NCBI GenBank assembly: GCA_041389085.1
Contig: JAWKSL010000001.1
Location: 34,921 to 98,920 of the forward strand
Direction: 5' to 3'
Source: Minisyncoccota bacterium
GTDB taxonomy: Bacteria > Patescibacteriota > Minisyncoccia > UBA6257 > 1-14-0-10-44-23
Length of the DNA: 64,000 nucleotides
Of this stretch, positions 11,337 to 20,971 are shown one piece after another. Each line of letters opens with the position of its first letter. Within the stretch, counting starts at the first letter, position 1. The notes beneath the pieces are model-generated. The model was not told where the DNA came from, did not search any database, and was given only the letters and a program-made list of their open reading frames with translations. A program made the position numbers and the translations under genes.

Positions 11337-12445
11337 CTAAAAAATAGAGCTGTGGATTGGGGCTATTTTAGGCGCATGTGCAAAGCGTTTGGCGCTTTGG
11401 ACTATGCCGACTAGTACTGCGTTCATAAGAATGCTCGACCCTCCGTAGCTAAAGAATGGGAAGGTAACTCCAATAACTGGCAGCATCCCCGTAGCAGACC
11501 CGACGTTGATAATAAACTGCACCAAAAACATAAATGCCACTCCAAGACAAAGCAGGCGGTAAAAGTTTGATTCGGAATTCATACCTATCTGCACAATTTT
11601 GAAAAGCATGGTGAAAAATGCGGCGAGCACTACTACTGCACCAAATAGTCCCCACTTTCTGAGAGCGCGGCAAAAATAAAGTCTGTTTCTGGCTCAGGGA
11701 GAAATCCGAGCTGCGTCTGCGTCCCCTGCCGAAATCCTTTTCCAAAAAATCCACCGCTGCCAATCGCTATCTTGGCTTGAATAGTTGAGTAGTTTACTCC
11801 GAGCGGGTCGTAGTCTGGCTGGAAAAATCCGATGATTCTTTCTTTCTGATATGGAGCGAATACAAAAAACCACGCGATAATCACGAGTAGTATGCCAACT
11901 CCGAGCCCGATTAAAATATGTTTTGGCCTAAGCCCGCTTACCAAAAGAAAGCCGATCCAGATTCCGGTGAGTACAATCATCGTTCCCATGTCTGGCTGAA
12001 GGAAGATAAAAATTGCCGGTAGTAGGTAGTAAAAGAATGATCGAGCTATATTGCTGAGCTTGGCAATACCAATGTGGTGACGGGCAAAATAGTAGGCAAG
12101 AATGATAATGAGAGCCACCTTCATAAGCTCGGCTACCTGGAACTGTACAGGGCCGATTACGAGCCAGCTGCGCGTATTCCTTATCACTGGCGCAAAAAGG
12201 CTTGTAAGGGCCAAAATAAGCAAAGAAACGAGGTATATAGCCCCAATAACGATTGGACGCGAGCTCAATGTACGCCAGTTTATATGGGCGCAGAAAATCA
12301 TGAGCGCGAGAGCAAGGATGACGGAAACTACCTGCTGAATTACAATCGGGCCTCCGATGCTAATGATCATCACAAGGCTGGCAAGCATGAGCGTCCAGGT
12401 AGCGCAGTAAAGTACTATGTCTTGTCTATTGAGAAAGGCGAGCAT
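11337..12445 (-). pseudogene. rodA: RodA/FtsW (SEDS family) gene with a 1-nt frameshift near 11655-11658 (possible assembly error)
   Basis: ORF 11633-12445 ([21 protein letters not shown]) and ORF 11337-11630 (GVTFPFFSYGGSS) join as AALSE-EWGLFG if one base is restored. Confidence 0.8.
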
Positions 12446-13230
12446 TATCTGGTTTGTATTTCAACATCCAGTATCGGCTCAAGTACGATATTTTGCAAAA
12501 CTGCCGGACTGACCGGAGTTATAAGCTCAAAGCTCTCTTCTTCAAACCCTGCAATGCTTTCAAGCTGGGTTTGAGAAACTGCGACGACTGCATCGTTGGC
12601 GTCGCGGTAGCGCGCTATTATTTCTGCACTTCGTAGGGTTTGTGCATTTTCATTTCTGAGTAGGCCGGTAAGGATGATGCGTGGCTTCAGCTCGCTTTCG
12701 TCTACAACCACTACCTCTTGGTTTCTAACTTCATACTTTGGGCGGGCGAAACTTTCGATTGGTTGCCACTGGCGCTCAGTCACCACCGCACTGATTGAAA
12801 CTATATCGCTTGCGGCAACGCTTATGTTTGGTATAAGAACTCCTTTTCTTTCTGATGGGTAGATAAAGGTTTGTTCGCTCAGGTTTAGCGCCGCTCCACT
12901 TTTGCGCTCTACGGTGACTTCAATGTTTACTTCAGTAGCACCGTAGCTGGCATTTGGGTTTTCAAGGCTTATGTAAATGCTTGAGCGCTCACTATCTTGC
13001 GCTGGAATTGCTATAGCGCCACTTGCAGTTAGCTCCTTTAGGGTGTTTATCGCGCAGTCTTGGCAGGAGCCTCCGCAGTCGATACCAGTTTCGTCTTGGT
13101 TTTTCTTTCCATCAGTACAGCTTGGAGCTGGCTTGAGCGTAGCTTGGTAAATTAAGAATCCGACACCTAAAAGGACGAGTAGGTAGAGGGCTCCGTAGAT
13201 AAGTTGCTTTATGATGCGCCTGGAACTCAT
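12445..13230 (-). CDS. Membrane-anchored hypothetical protein with Cys-rich module
   Basis: N-terminal TM segment, [19 protein letters not shown], beta-rich C-terminal part. Confidence 0.8.
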   Translation of the reverse strand: MSSRRIIKQLIYGALYLLVLLGVGFLIYQATLKPAPSCTDGKKNQDETGIDCGGSCQDCAINTLKELTASGAIAIPAQDSERSSIYISLENPNASYGATEVNIEVTVERKSGAALNLSEQTFIYPSERKGVLIPNISVAASDIVSISAVVTERQWQPIESFARPKYEVRNQEVVVVDESELKPRIILTGLLRNENAQTLRSAEIIARYRDANDAVVAVSQTQLESIAGFEEESFELITPVSPAVLQNIVLEPILDVEIQTR

Positions 13231-13316
13231 ATATGAATTATTTTAGCAGAAAGAAAGACAAGATTTTAGACGTTAGATTTTTGATTTTTGAAGACGCTGA
13301 ACTATACGAAACAGGT

Positions 13317-13435
13317 TTGACATAGCGCCCTTTATGTTTTATAGCTATAGGAGTTTTTTGAAAGCTATTTGCTCGGTTTTTGGCCGCACGTTTTTGCTCT
13401 TTTTGAGAGTAGAAATGTGCGGCTAAGAGGGCCGC
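13317..13435 (+). promoter_or_regulatory. Cassette leader copy 1: promoter plus 18-bp stem-loop
   Basis: TTGACA(13317)-17-TATAGC; hairpin 13383-13423; homologous to 14163-14269. Confidence 0.75.
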
Positions 13436-13511
13436 AAATATGGGCTACGAACACCTTGGCACGATGCTAAGTTAGTAGATGCCCGATAGACTCCGAAGAA
13501 AGGTTTCTATC

Positions 13512-14078
13512 ATGCAAGGTAAAAAGATCACAATCGATCAGGGCAAGGAAGCTCTTGATCTTCTGAGCCGGCTCAGCCCGGAGCAGTACCAGGAGAGACG
13601 CGCTTGGTTGGCGCGCATTAGCGATCCTCGCTTTAACCCCAACATGCTCAGGCTATTCTACCCCTTCAAGGCTAATCAACCGTTCCAGTGGAACTGCCGC
13701 GGAGTTGAGCGCGAAGGAGCTGTCTGCGAGGCGTCTGTCACCATCGCCGATCTTGAGCTCGTCCCCTTCCACAAGGATGGTGAGAAGTGGATCAGTGGCG
13801 AAGAGATGCGCACTCGCGCTGCCGACGAGGAGGCCTACCCGGGGTGCTCAGGCTTCGGCCAGCACCAGGCCGAGGACATTCTCGAGCGAGCCTCTGAGCT
13901 GCCCGAGGAGTTCCGTAAGTACGTGATCGTCTTCGCGGACTCCGTTCTTTTGGACGGCGTCTGTCATCGATACGTTCCGTTCCTCGCCTGGGATGGCGGC
14001 CGGTGGCAGCTGAACTGGCGCTGGATCGATAGCAGCTTCGAACGCGTCTGCCGATTCCCTCGGCTGCGGCGTGAGTAG
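13512..14078 (+). CDS. GC-rich hypothetical protein with DGR-target (CLec-like) type C-terminus
   Basis: Start placed after GAAAGG; C-terminus RYVPFLAWDGGRWQLNWRWIDSSFERVCRF, encoded mostly by NNC/NNT codons. Confidence 0.7.
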   Translation: MQGKKITIDQGKEALDLLSRLSPEQYQERRAWLARISDPRFNPNMLRLFYPFKANQPFQWNCRGVEREGAVCEASVTIADLELVPFHKDGEKWISGEEMRTRAADEEAYPGCSGFGQHQAEDILERASELPEEFRKYVIVFADSVLLDGVCHRYVPFLAWDGGRWQLNWRWIDSSFERVCRFPRLRRE

Positions 14079-14136
14079 GAGCCGCCCACAACAATGACCC
14101 CGCGCGATGCAGTGCATCGCGCGGGGTTTGTTCTTT
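14069..14136 (+). repeat. 68-bp cassette tail copy 1 with GC hairpin/terminator
   Basis: 66/68 identical to 14921-14988; hairpin accccgcgcgatgca-g-tgcatcgcgcggggt followed by a T-rich run. Confidence 0.92.
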
Positions 14137-14162
14137 TTTACCGCTCTAGAGATCTGATTGGT

Positions 14163-14269
14163 TTGACTTAAGGTGCTTTATATTTTATAACTATGGGAGT
14201 TTTTTGAAGATTTTTGCCGCACATTTTTGCTCTTTTTTGAGAGTAGGAATGTGCGGCTAAGAGGGCCGC
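14163..14269 (+). promoter_or_regulatory. Cassette leader copy 2: promoter plus 18-bp stem-loop
   Basis: TTGACT(14163)-17-TATAAC; hairpin 14216-14257. Confidence 0.75.
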
Positions 14270-14329
14270 GTTTGAACTGTCTGGGGCTGCATCGGTGTAG
14301 ATGTGGCTGGAGACAGTGGAGCAACAATC

Positions 14330-14926
14330 ATGTCTACAGACACCCGTTTAGATCTTGGAGCCGAACTCGACCGAAAGGTGCGAGAGAAGGGTGGCACGCG
14401 CGAAAATATCGCGCTCGTACTCAGGGAGCGGCCTGACATCATTGATGCTTGTGCCGCCCTGATTGTCGACGCAGCGCGTGAGACGAAGGTCAAGATTGAG
14501 CTCTCGATCGTCGTCGGCGAGGACGAGACTTTCGATAGTCTCGTAGCGGCCGGGCATTACGGCTCGAAGGGCGACTGGGTCACCGGAGAGCAGTTCCCTG
14601 TTCGTCCGAGCCAGCCTGGCGAGCGCCAGCTCGTGCTCTTGCACTTCGCCCGCGTCGTCTCCTCCGAGAATGCAATCGATGAGGCAGCCAAGCAGGGCTT
14701 GGAGCGTCCTACCTACGAAGACGCCTTGCGCTTCGGTGCTCAGCACCCTGAGGTGCAGTGCCAGTTCCCGGTCGTTTTCCTTCATGAACCCCTGCCGGAC
14801 GCGTACGACGGCCCGAGCGTCCTCTGCCTCGATTGTCGCGCCTCGGGGCGCGACCTGGACTACCGCTGGTTCGACGGCGGTTGGGGTTGCCTCTACCGCT
14901 TCGTCTTCGTCCGCCCTACAGCGTGA
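14330..14926 (+). CDS. GC-rich hypothetical protein with DGR-target (CLec-like) type C-terminus
   Basis: GGAG upstream of ATG 14330; RPTYEDALRFGAQHPE; C-terminus VLCLDCRASGRDLDYRWFDGGWGCLYRFVFVR. Confidence 0.72.
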   Translation: MSTDTRLDLGAELDRKVREKGGTRENIALVLRERPDIIDACAALIVDAARETKVKIELSIVVGEDETFDSLVAAGHYGSKGDWVTGEQFPVRPSQPGERQLVLLHFARVVSSENAIDEAAKQGLERPTYEDALRFGAQHPEVQCQFPVVFLHEPLPDAYDGPSVLCLDCRASGRDLDYRWFDGGWGCLYRFVFVRPTA

Positions 14927-14988
14927 GTAGGAGCCGACCACAACAATGACCCCGCGCGATGCAGTGCCTCGCGCGGGGTTTGTTCTTT
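14921..14988 (+). repeat. 68-bp cassette tail copy 2
   Basis: Near-identical to 14069-14136. Confidence 0.92.
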
Positions 14989-14992
14989 GCTG

Positions 14993-15024
14993 CTCTAGAG
15001 TTATCTCTAGAGATAACTCTAGAG
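14993..15024. repeat. 32-bp perfect palindrome of three CTCTAGAG units
   Basis: ctctagagttatctctagagataactctagag, between convergent genes. Confidence 0.9.
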
Positions 15025-15030
15025 AGAGAT

Positions 15031-16083
15031 TTAGAAGAACTTGTTGAGGAAGAAGACTACGAGCCCCATACCCACGCTCATAACTGAAACTATCCAAAAG
15101 CGCATCGTTACTCGTGTTTCGTGCCAGCCGAGAGCTTCGAAATGGTGGTGAATTGGCGCTGAAAGGAAGACTTTCTTCTTCCTTATTTTTTTACTTAAAA
15201 CTTGGATGATGACTGAGCCGCTTTCGATGATGAAAATTGGGGCGAAAAGTGGAAGAAGGAGTGCTGTGTCTGTAAGCATGGCGATAACTCCGATAGTAAT
15301 TCCAAGCGGCATTGACCCTGTGTCGCCCATAAAGAAGCGGGCTGGATAAATGTTGAACCAAAGAAAGGCAAGAAGAGCGCCGATAATAACTCCGCCGAGC
15401 ACTGCGAGGTCGTAGCGACCGAGTGAGAAAGCTACAACGGTAAGGGCTACGTAGGTAAAGAGCATAACTCCTCCCGCAAGGCCGTCGAGGCCGTCTGTTT
15501 CGTTTGCTGAAAAGGCGCTGGCTACGAGCACAAAGATGAAAAGTGGAATGTACCAAACTCCGATGTTTACGTTTCCGAAAAACGGAATATTGAGTGTGTC
15601 CCAATCGAGCCTAAAGTAGAACCAGAGTGCTCCGAGGGTTGAAAAGATAGTGTAGACAAGAAGGCGGTGGCTCATCTTGAGCCCTCCCCCTTTTGGGCCG
15701 ATACCGCGAATACCAAACACGTCGTCTACATAGCCTACGAGGGCTGCGAGGAAAAGTGCTGCGAGTGGAAGGTATGTTTGCGCTCTATCGACAAAGTTTA
15801 GGTAGTCCCAGAAGCCGCCAAGCATTTTTGAAAGAAGGAAAATAGCTACTGCAAGAGAGACTACTGTCGCCCACACGATAATTCCTCCCATGGTCGGCGT
15901 GCCTACCTTGCCTTTGTGAAGGCTGTGAAATACTGGAGCGTCTTTTTTAGAACGAATTTGCTTTTTTGCGTTTTGAGTGTTGAGAAAGCTTAAAACTGGA
16001 CCGGTTATTAAAAATGCCATCACAAAAGCTAGAAGTGATAGCCCTATAACGCGAACTGCTTGTAAAACGGTAATACTAATCAT
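15031..16083 (-). CDS. mraY: Phospho-N-acetylmuramoyl-pentapeptide transferase
   Basis: KVGTPTMGG, NETDGLDGL, FMGDTGS, APIHHHFE. Confidence 0.97.
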   Translation of the reverse strand: MISITVLQAVRVIGLSLLAFVMAFLITGPVLSFLNTQNAKKQIRSKKDAPVFHSLHKGKVGTPTMGGIIVWATVVSLAVAIFLLSKMLGGFWDYLNFVDRAQTYLPLAALFLAALVGYVDDVFGIRGIGPKGGGLKMSHRLLVYTIFSTLGALWFYFRLDWDTLNIPFFGNVNIGVWYIPLFIFVLVASAFSANETDGLDGLAGGVMLFTYVALTVVAFSLGRYDLAVLGGVIIGALLAFLWFNIYPARFFMGDTGSMPLGITIGVIAMLTDTALLLPLFAPIFIIESGSVIIQVLSKKIRKKKVFLSAPIHHHFEALGWHETRVTMRFWIVSVMSVGMGLVVFFLNKFF

Positions 16084-17039
16084 CTTGTACCAGAGTACTC
16101 GGTAAGGAGCGCTTCACTGTCGGCAAACCTGTCGTTGCTTCCAAGCACTATGACAATGAGTGGCTCGCTTGCGCCAATATTAAAGAGAGAAACAAGGTTT
16201 CCCTTTGCCTCATCAGTATAGCCTGTTTTACCGCCTAAAAAGTCTGGCCTCTGTGCAAACTTATTTATCGTTCCAAGCACTCTATTTGCCCCTGTTGAGT
16301 GCTCTACAAGAATTGTTTGACTCTGTGTAGCTGCGCTAAAAATTTGTGGGTGGTTTGCAAGCACATACTGCGCAAGGATGCGGATGTCTGAGAGCGTAGA
16401 CTGATTTAAATACGAAAGTCCGACTGGGTCGTCAAACTGAGTGTTGTACATACCTATTTCGTTTGCCTTCGCATTCATGAGCTCTACGAAATACTCGAAG
16501 CCAAACGGAGTTGCGATGGCCATCGCCGCATCGTTGCTGGACACTGTCATCATCGCGGCTATCAGGTCGTGGACTGAATAGATTTCTTGCGTGTTGAGTC
16601 CTCCTGAAACCCCTTCCTCATCTACTGCTGTTTGGCTAATGGTAATTGTTTCTTCAGGGCTAAAGTTTTCTAAAGCTATAACCGCGGTCATTATTTTTGT
16701 GAGCGAAGCGAGCGGCCAGCGCTTGTGGTCGTTGAGCGCTATTTCATTTCCATCTTGTGAATACAGAAGGCTTGCAAGCTGTGCAAACGGTGGCTCTTTT
16801 GGCTTTGGCTCTACTACCTCAAGCGGCCTTACCTCTTCTTGCTTCTTTGGCTCATTTTCAGCTACGAGCATTGTTTCTTCTGGTACTACCTTTGCTGCGA
16901 TGCTGGCGTTGGTAAGCGCTACAAGCTGAACTCTTTCTGCTTCTTTATTCACTTCCCTTTTAACAGAAATGCTAAAGACAAGCGAAAACGCTAAAAGAAG
17001 ACCTGAAAAGACAAAAAGATTTTTCCTAAAACTATTCAT
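16080..17039 (-). CDS. D-alanyl-D-alanine carboxypeptidase (peptidase S11)
   Basis: SxxK (ASLTK), SxN (SSND) and KTG (GGKTGYT) motifs; N-terminal TM segment. Confidence 0.9.
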   Translation of the reverse strand: MNSFRKNLFVFSGLLLAFSLVFSISVKREVNKEAERVQLVALTNASIAAKVVPEETMLVAENEPKKQEEVRPLEVVEPKPKEPPFAQLASLLYSQDGNEIALNDHKRWPLASLTKIMTAVIALENFSPEETITISQTAVDEEGVSGGLNTQEIYSVHDLIAAMMTVSSNDAAMAIATPFGFEYFVELMNAKANEIGMYNTQFDDPVGLSYLNQSTLSDIRILAQYVLANHPQIFSAATQSQTILVEHSTGANRVLGTINKFAQRPDFLGGKTGYTDEAKGNLVSLFNIGASEPLIVIVLGSNDRFADSEALLTEYSGTR

Positions 17040-17598
17040 TTTCCTCGTCGGCACCCTGCTCGTTTAAGTTTTTTGCCAGGGCAAAAAACTTCTCGTACTC
17101 TGGCAACTCTTTGAGCTCGGTGATACCGAGGTATTTTAGCAGATCGAAGCTGGGTTTATAAAGGAAGGAGTTTTTATTTGCCGGATCGGTACGGCGCTCG
17201 ATAAGCCCGCGGATGAGTAAGTTTTTTAATATAAAGCTTGAGTTTACCCCTCGGATATAGTCTATGTGTGCCCTACTGACTGGTGCGCTGTAACAAACTA
17301 TCGCGAGTGTTTCGAGGGCTGCTGGGCTCAGCGCATCGTTCATTTCTGCTTTGAGTACTGACTGCAAAAGAGTGGCGTACTCTGGCTTTGTGGTGAGCTG
17401 AAACTTGTCTTCAATGTGGGTAAGGCTGAGCGCTAAGCTGCTTTCTTGCAAGTTTGTTTTAAGAAGCTCTACTGCTGCGTCAAAATCTTCGTCGCTGAGC
17501 TCAAGAAGTTTTTTGAGCCTGTTTTTTGAAATAGGCTCTCCGTAAATAAAAAGGAGGCTTTGAATTTTCCCTGCGTTGTCTTTACTGGCTTGGCTCAT
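17032..17598 (-). CDS. scpB: Segregation and condensation protein B
   Basis: LSPAALETLAIVCY..PVSRAHIDYIRGVNS; follows scpA. Confidence 0.95.
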   Translation of the reverse strand: MSQASKDNAGKIQSLLFIYGEPISKNRLKKLLELSDEDFDAAVELLKTNLQESSLALSLTHIEDKFQLTTKPEYATLLQSVLKAEMNDALSPAALETLAIVCYSAPVSRAHIDYIRGVNSSFILKNLLIRGLIERRTDPANKNSFLYKPSFDLLKYLGITELKELPEYEKFFALAKNLNEQGADEENE

Positions 17599-18328
17599 GC
17601 TCGTTTTTCTTTGAAATCGTTATACTTCCAAAACCTTGGTCCTGCTTCACTTCAAGAAGCTTGTTTGCAAATAGGTGAAGAATAGCTAAAAACAATACTA
17701 CCACCTCTTGCCTATCCTTTCCTTCGCTTAGTCTTGAAAAGTCTTGCGTAGCTACTCGCTCAAGTGTTTGCTTAAGCTCGGCCATTTTATCCTGCAAACT
17801 GGTGAGCTTAATCTTAATCTCTGCTTTTTGGGGAAGCAAATCTTTAAGTGAAGCAAAAAGAGTGCGCAGGCTAGTTTGTAGATGCTCTGGCTTTAAATTT
17901 TTTGGCGGGTAAAACAAATTCTCTGCAAAAAGCTGTTGAAGCATCTGCCGGCTATAGCTCTTTTCTTTTCTTTGCCAGAGCTTGTCTACGTGTGCCGCTG
18001 CGTTGTCGCTCTTCCCCTGCTTTACGCTGAAGTGTTGGTAGAGCATAAGGCGAGCTTCAAGGTCGGCTATGTCGGCTTCTTCTTCAGTGCTGAGCTCAAG
18101 AGTTGGAAGGAGCGATTTTGACTTGATAAGGAGCAGCCTGCTCGCTGTTTGCACAAAGTCGGCTAAAAGAATTGGCTGCACGTTTTCTAAGCTCTCTACG
18201 TAACTGATAAAGTCTTGAGTAACGCTGGCTAGCCCGAGCCTGTTTATATCTATTTTCTTTTCTTGAATAAGGCTAAGAAGCTTGTCTAAGGGCCCGGAAA
18301 ACTGCTCTGTCTTTACTTGATACTGCAT
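17582..18328 (-). CDS. scpA: Segregation and condensation protein A
   Basis: FSGPLDKLLSLI, LLLIKSKSLLP, FLAILHL. Confidence 0.95.
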   Translation of the reverse strand: MQYQVKTEQFSGPLDKLLSLIQEKKIDINRLGLASVTQDFISYVESLENVQPILLADFVQTASRLLLIKSKSLLPTLELSTEEEADIADLEARLMLYQHFSVKQGKSDNAAAHVDKLWQRKEKSYSRQMLQQLFAENLFYPPKNLKPEHLQTSLRTLFASLKDLLPQKAEIKIKLTSLQDKMAELKQTLERVATQDFSRLSEGKDRQEVVVLFLAILHLFANKLLEVKQDQGFGSITISKKNEHEPSQ

Positions 18329-18394
18329 TTCTACTCTATTGTATTATTATTTTCGCTGCTGTGTAGGGCGCCTTTTGTATAATGATTTCCTGCG

Positions 18395-18463
18395 TTCTCC
18401 CCGCGTGCTTCGCGCGCTGCAGCAAAGCCAACGAGTCTTCGCTCGGGCTTGCTGCGGGACAGG
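18395..18463. repeat. Structured two-hairpin intergenic repeat, copy 1
   Basis: Homologous to 34531-34601, with compensatory stem changes. Confidence 0.75.
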
Positions 18464-18490
18464 CGCCGCATCCACCTGGATGCATTTATG

Positions 18491-19777
18491 CTAACTTTCG
18501 TCTTCATGGCTTCGTAAAGCTTCTTTAGTATATCTATTACTTGCATTCCATAGCATCCAGCCAGATACGTATTTTGAGCAGGCTCTTTTTTCTGTAAGTG
18601 TTTGGCAGTCTGAATACTTTGCTGCGCTGTCTTCTATAGCTTGAATTTGCGCCCGTACTTTTGCGGCATCGTAGTCTGCTCCAAGATCGAAGTCTTGAAT
18701 CCACGGTCGCATAGTTGGCTGCACTGGGAAACTTCTTACTTGAGCTGGAACCTGCGGCGTAGCGCTCGCGGTTGCTGTTTCTGGGGTAGACGGCGTCGGA
18801 GTATACACAAGGTTTAGACGCGCAAGCGCTTCGTCTATTGAATACTTCATAACTTCGTAAGGATACTCTGCTGGGTTGTCGTAGCCGATAAAGCCGTCTG
18901 CATAGTGGCTTGGGTAAGTCATTGGCGCAATTGCGTTTATATACGGCATAGCATCTTCAAGTACTTGGCCGATGCCTATGTCTCTTCTCGCGTAGGCAAC
19001 TTCGCCAAAAAGGTCTGCGCTTATCATGGCGTTTGGTAAACTTTCGCGTACGTATTTAAAGAAGCTTTTTAAAATATCTCTCTTTGGCGTTACCTCGTCG
19101 TAAAACGGGTAGGCTATATCGTCTGTATTGCCATCGGTAGCAAAGCGAATGTAGTCAAAATTTACCTCATCGAAGCCTCTGTCTAAAATGTCTTTGGCTA
19201 TCGCTATATTGTAGTCCCAGACTTCTTTGCTGGAAGTATCCATCCAGTGCACATCTTTTCTGTCGCCCCAAATGCCGCCCTTGCTTTTACTTTGAATGGC
19301 TAAGTCTTGTCTCGCGTTTGCCAGCTTATTGTCTTGAAAAGTAGAGATGCGCGCTATAAGGTAAATGCCGTTTTTGTGGAACTTGCGAATGAGCGCGTCT
19401 ATGTCGGGAATGCGATTTTCAAACGCCTCGTACTCTACAACTGCTTCAACGTCTGGCTTGTACGAAACAACACCGGTGTAGTCTTTTATATCTATAACGA
19501 TGGCGTTGAGCTCTGTGGAATTTATCAAATCGATAAAACCATCTACTCGCTCGCTGTTTCCCGCAGAAAACGCTGTGGCGTATATTGCCTTCACTACCTC
19601 TGGCGGATTTTTCAGCTTTTGGAGGAGTGGGTCTTTTTCTTCTTTTTTCTCCTCTTGGTGCTTTGTGGCGTTTTCCGCATTGAGCGTAAACGACACTGAG
19701 TTGTCTTTTGCTACTACTATCAGCACAAAGAGGAAAATAAGGACTATCGCGATAATAATGAGGTTTCTTCGCGTCAT
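18491..19777 (-). CDS. Putative glycoside hydrolase (DUF4015-like), membrane-anchored
   Basis: LNAIVIDIKD, GFDEVNFDYIRF, PMTYPSHY, RPWIQDF, WMLWNASNRY. Confidence 0.85.
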   Translation of the reverse strand: MTRRNLIIIAIVLIFLFVLIVVAKDNSVSFTLNAENATKHQEEKKEEKDPLLQKLKNPPEVVKAIYATAFSAGNSERVDGFIDLINSTELNAIVIDIKDYTGVVSYKPDVEAVVEYEAFENRIPDIDALIRKFHKNGIYLIARISTFQDNKLANARQDLAIQSKSKGGIWGDRKDVHWMDTSSKEVWDYNIAIAKDILDRGFDEVNFDYIRFATDGNTDDIAYPFYDEVTPKRDILKSFFKYVRESLPNAMISADLFGEVAYARRDIGIGQVLEDAMPYINAIAPMTYPSHYADGFIGYDNPAEYPYEVMKYSIDEALARLNLVYTPTPSTPETATASATPQVPAQVRSFPVQPTMRPWIQDFDLGADYDAAKVRAQIQAIEDSAAKYSDCQTLTEKRACSKYVSGWMLWNASNRYTKEALRSHEDES

Positions 19778-19863
19778 TAGCCTTTAGTATCTTTTAGTTT
19801 GCGTGTATGGGCAAGTGGCTGTTTGATAGGATGGGCCGCTTTGGATATACTCAATAAAAACCT

Positions 19864-20970
19864 ATGGCTCTGGCCTTATACCGCAAATACAGACCTAAAA
19901 ACTTTTCTGACATTTTTGGGCAGGAGAGCGTCGTTGAGGTATTGAAGAATGCAGGAAAACTGGACCGCATCGGGCATGCATACCTTTTCTACGGTCCGCG
20001 AGGAACTGGGAAAACCACCATTGCCCGCCTTTTGGCCAAGCTTGCTGTTTGCAAAACTCGAGAGACTGACAAAAAGTTTCAGACTAAAGGAGAACCTTGC
20101 AACAAGTGCGATGCTTGCACTGCAATCGATGCTGGGCGTGCAATCGACGTTGTTGAAATTGACGCTGCGACCAACACGGGGGTAGACGAAATTCGTGAGC
20201 TTAAAGAAGGCATTCGCCTTGCACCTTCATACTTTTCTCGCAAGGTAGTAATTCTTGACGAGGTACACATGCTCTCAAAGAGTGCCTTCAACGCCCTGCT
20301 TAAAACACTTGAAGAGCCGCCAGCTCACGTACTTCTTATTCTTGCTACTACTGAGTTTGATAAGCTTCCAGCTACGGTAACTAGCCGTACACAGCGCTAC
20401 CACTTTAAAAAGCTTACAAACGCGCAAATTACTGAAAAGCTTGGTGCAATTGCAAAAGAAGAGGAAATAGACGCTGATACTGAGGCGCTTGAGCTCATCG
20501 CAAGCCTTTCTGAGGGAAGTTTGCGCGATGCTGAAAGTCTACTCGACCAAGTACGCTCTGTATCTGCAAAAGTAGATGTGGAGAGCGTAGAGAAAAACCT
20601 TGGGAAAGTAGGGCTTGTACGCGTTGGCGAATTTAGCGCACTACTCCTGAGAGAAGACTTAAAAGGAGCCCTTGCCTATATACAGGAGCTTGAAGAGCTT
20701 GGATACAACACTACTGAGTTTACCCGCGAACTTATACACTACTTGCGCCGCGTTATCACTCTGGCATTTAACAGCGACCTAGAAGTAGAGTTTTCAAAAG
20801 AGTTTAGTTCTAAGGAACTTGCGATGCTTAAGGAGCACTCAGCTCTGGTAGCAAAAGAAAAGCACCTTCCTTTGCTTAAAGGACTCATACTTGCCTACTC
20901 ACAAATGCGCTACAGCCCGTTTGCTGCTATACCGCTCGAAGTAGCCCTTATAGAACGATTTAGTAAATAG
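19864..20970 (+). CDS. dnaX: DNA polymerase III subunit gamma/tau (short form)
   Basis: LYRKYRP, GPRGTGKT, DEVHML, AFNALLKTLEEPP. Confidence 0.96.
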   Translation: MALALYRKYRPKNFSDIFGQESVVEVLKNAGKLDRIGHAYLFYGPRGTGKTTIARLLAKLAVCKTRETDKKFQTKGEPCNKCDACTAIDAGRAIDVVEIDAATNTGVDEIRELKEGIRLAPSYFSRKVVILDEVHMLSKSAFNALLKTLEEPPAHVLLILATTEFDKLPATVTSRTQRYHFKKLTNAQITEKLGAIAKEEEIDADTEALELIASLSEGSLRDAESLLDQVRSVSAKVDVESVEKNLGKVGLVRVGEFSALLLREDLKGALAYIQELEELGYNTTEFTRELIHYLRRVITLAFNSDLEVEFSKEFSSKELAMLKEHSALVAKEKHLPLLKGLILAYSQMRYSPFAAIPLEVALIERFSK

Positions 20971-20971
20971 T

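Noticed and set aside
13317-15024. Integron gene cassettes
   Set aside because: The tails lack the RYYYAAC...GTTRRRY attC ends, each gene has its own promoter, and no integrase is present.
18331-18546. 71-aa ORF between the glycoside hydrolase and scpA
   Set aside because: It overlaps the upstream gene and spans a structured repeat; no recognisable protein features.
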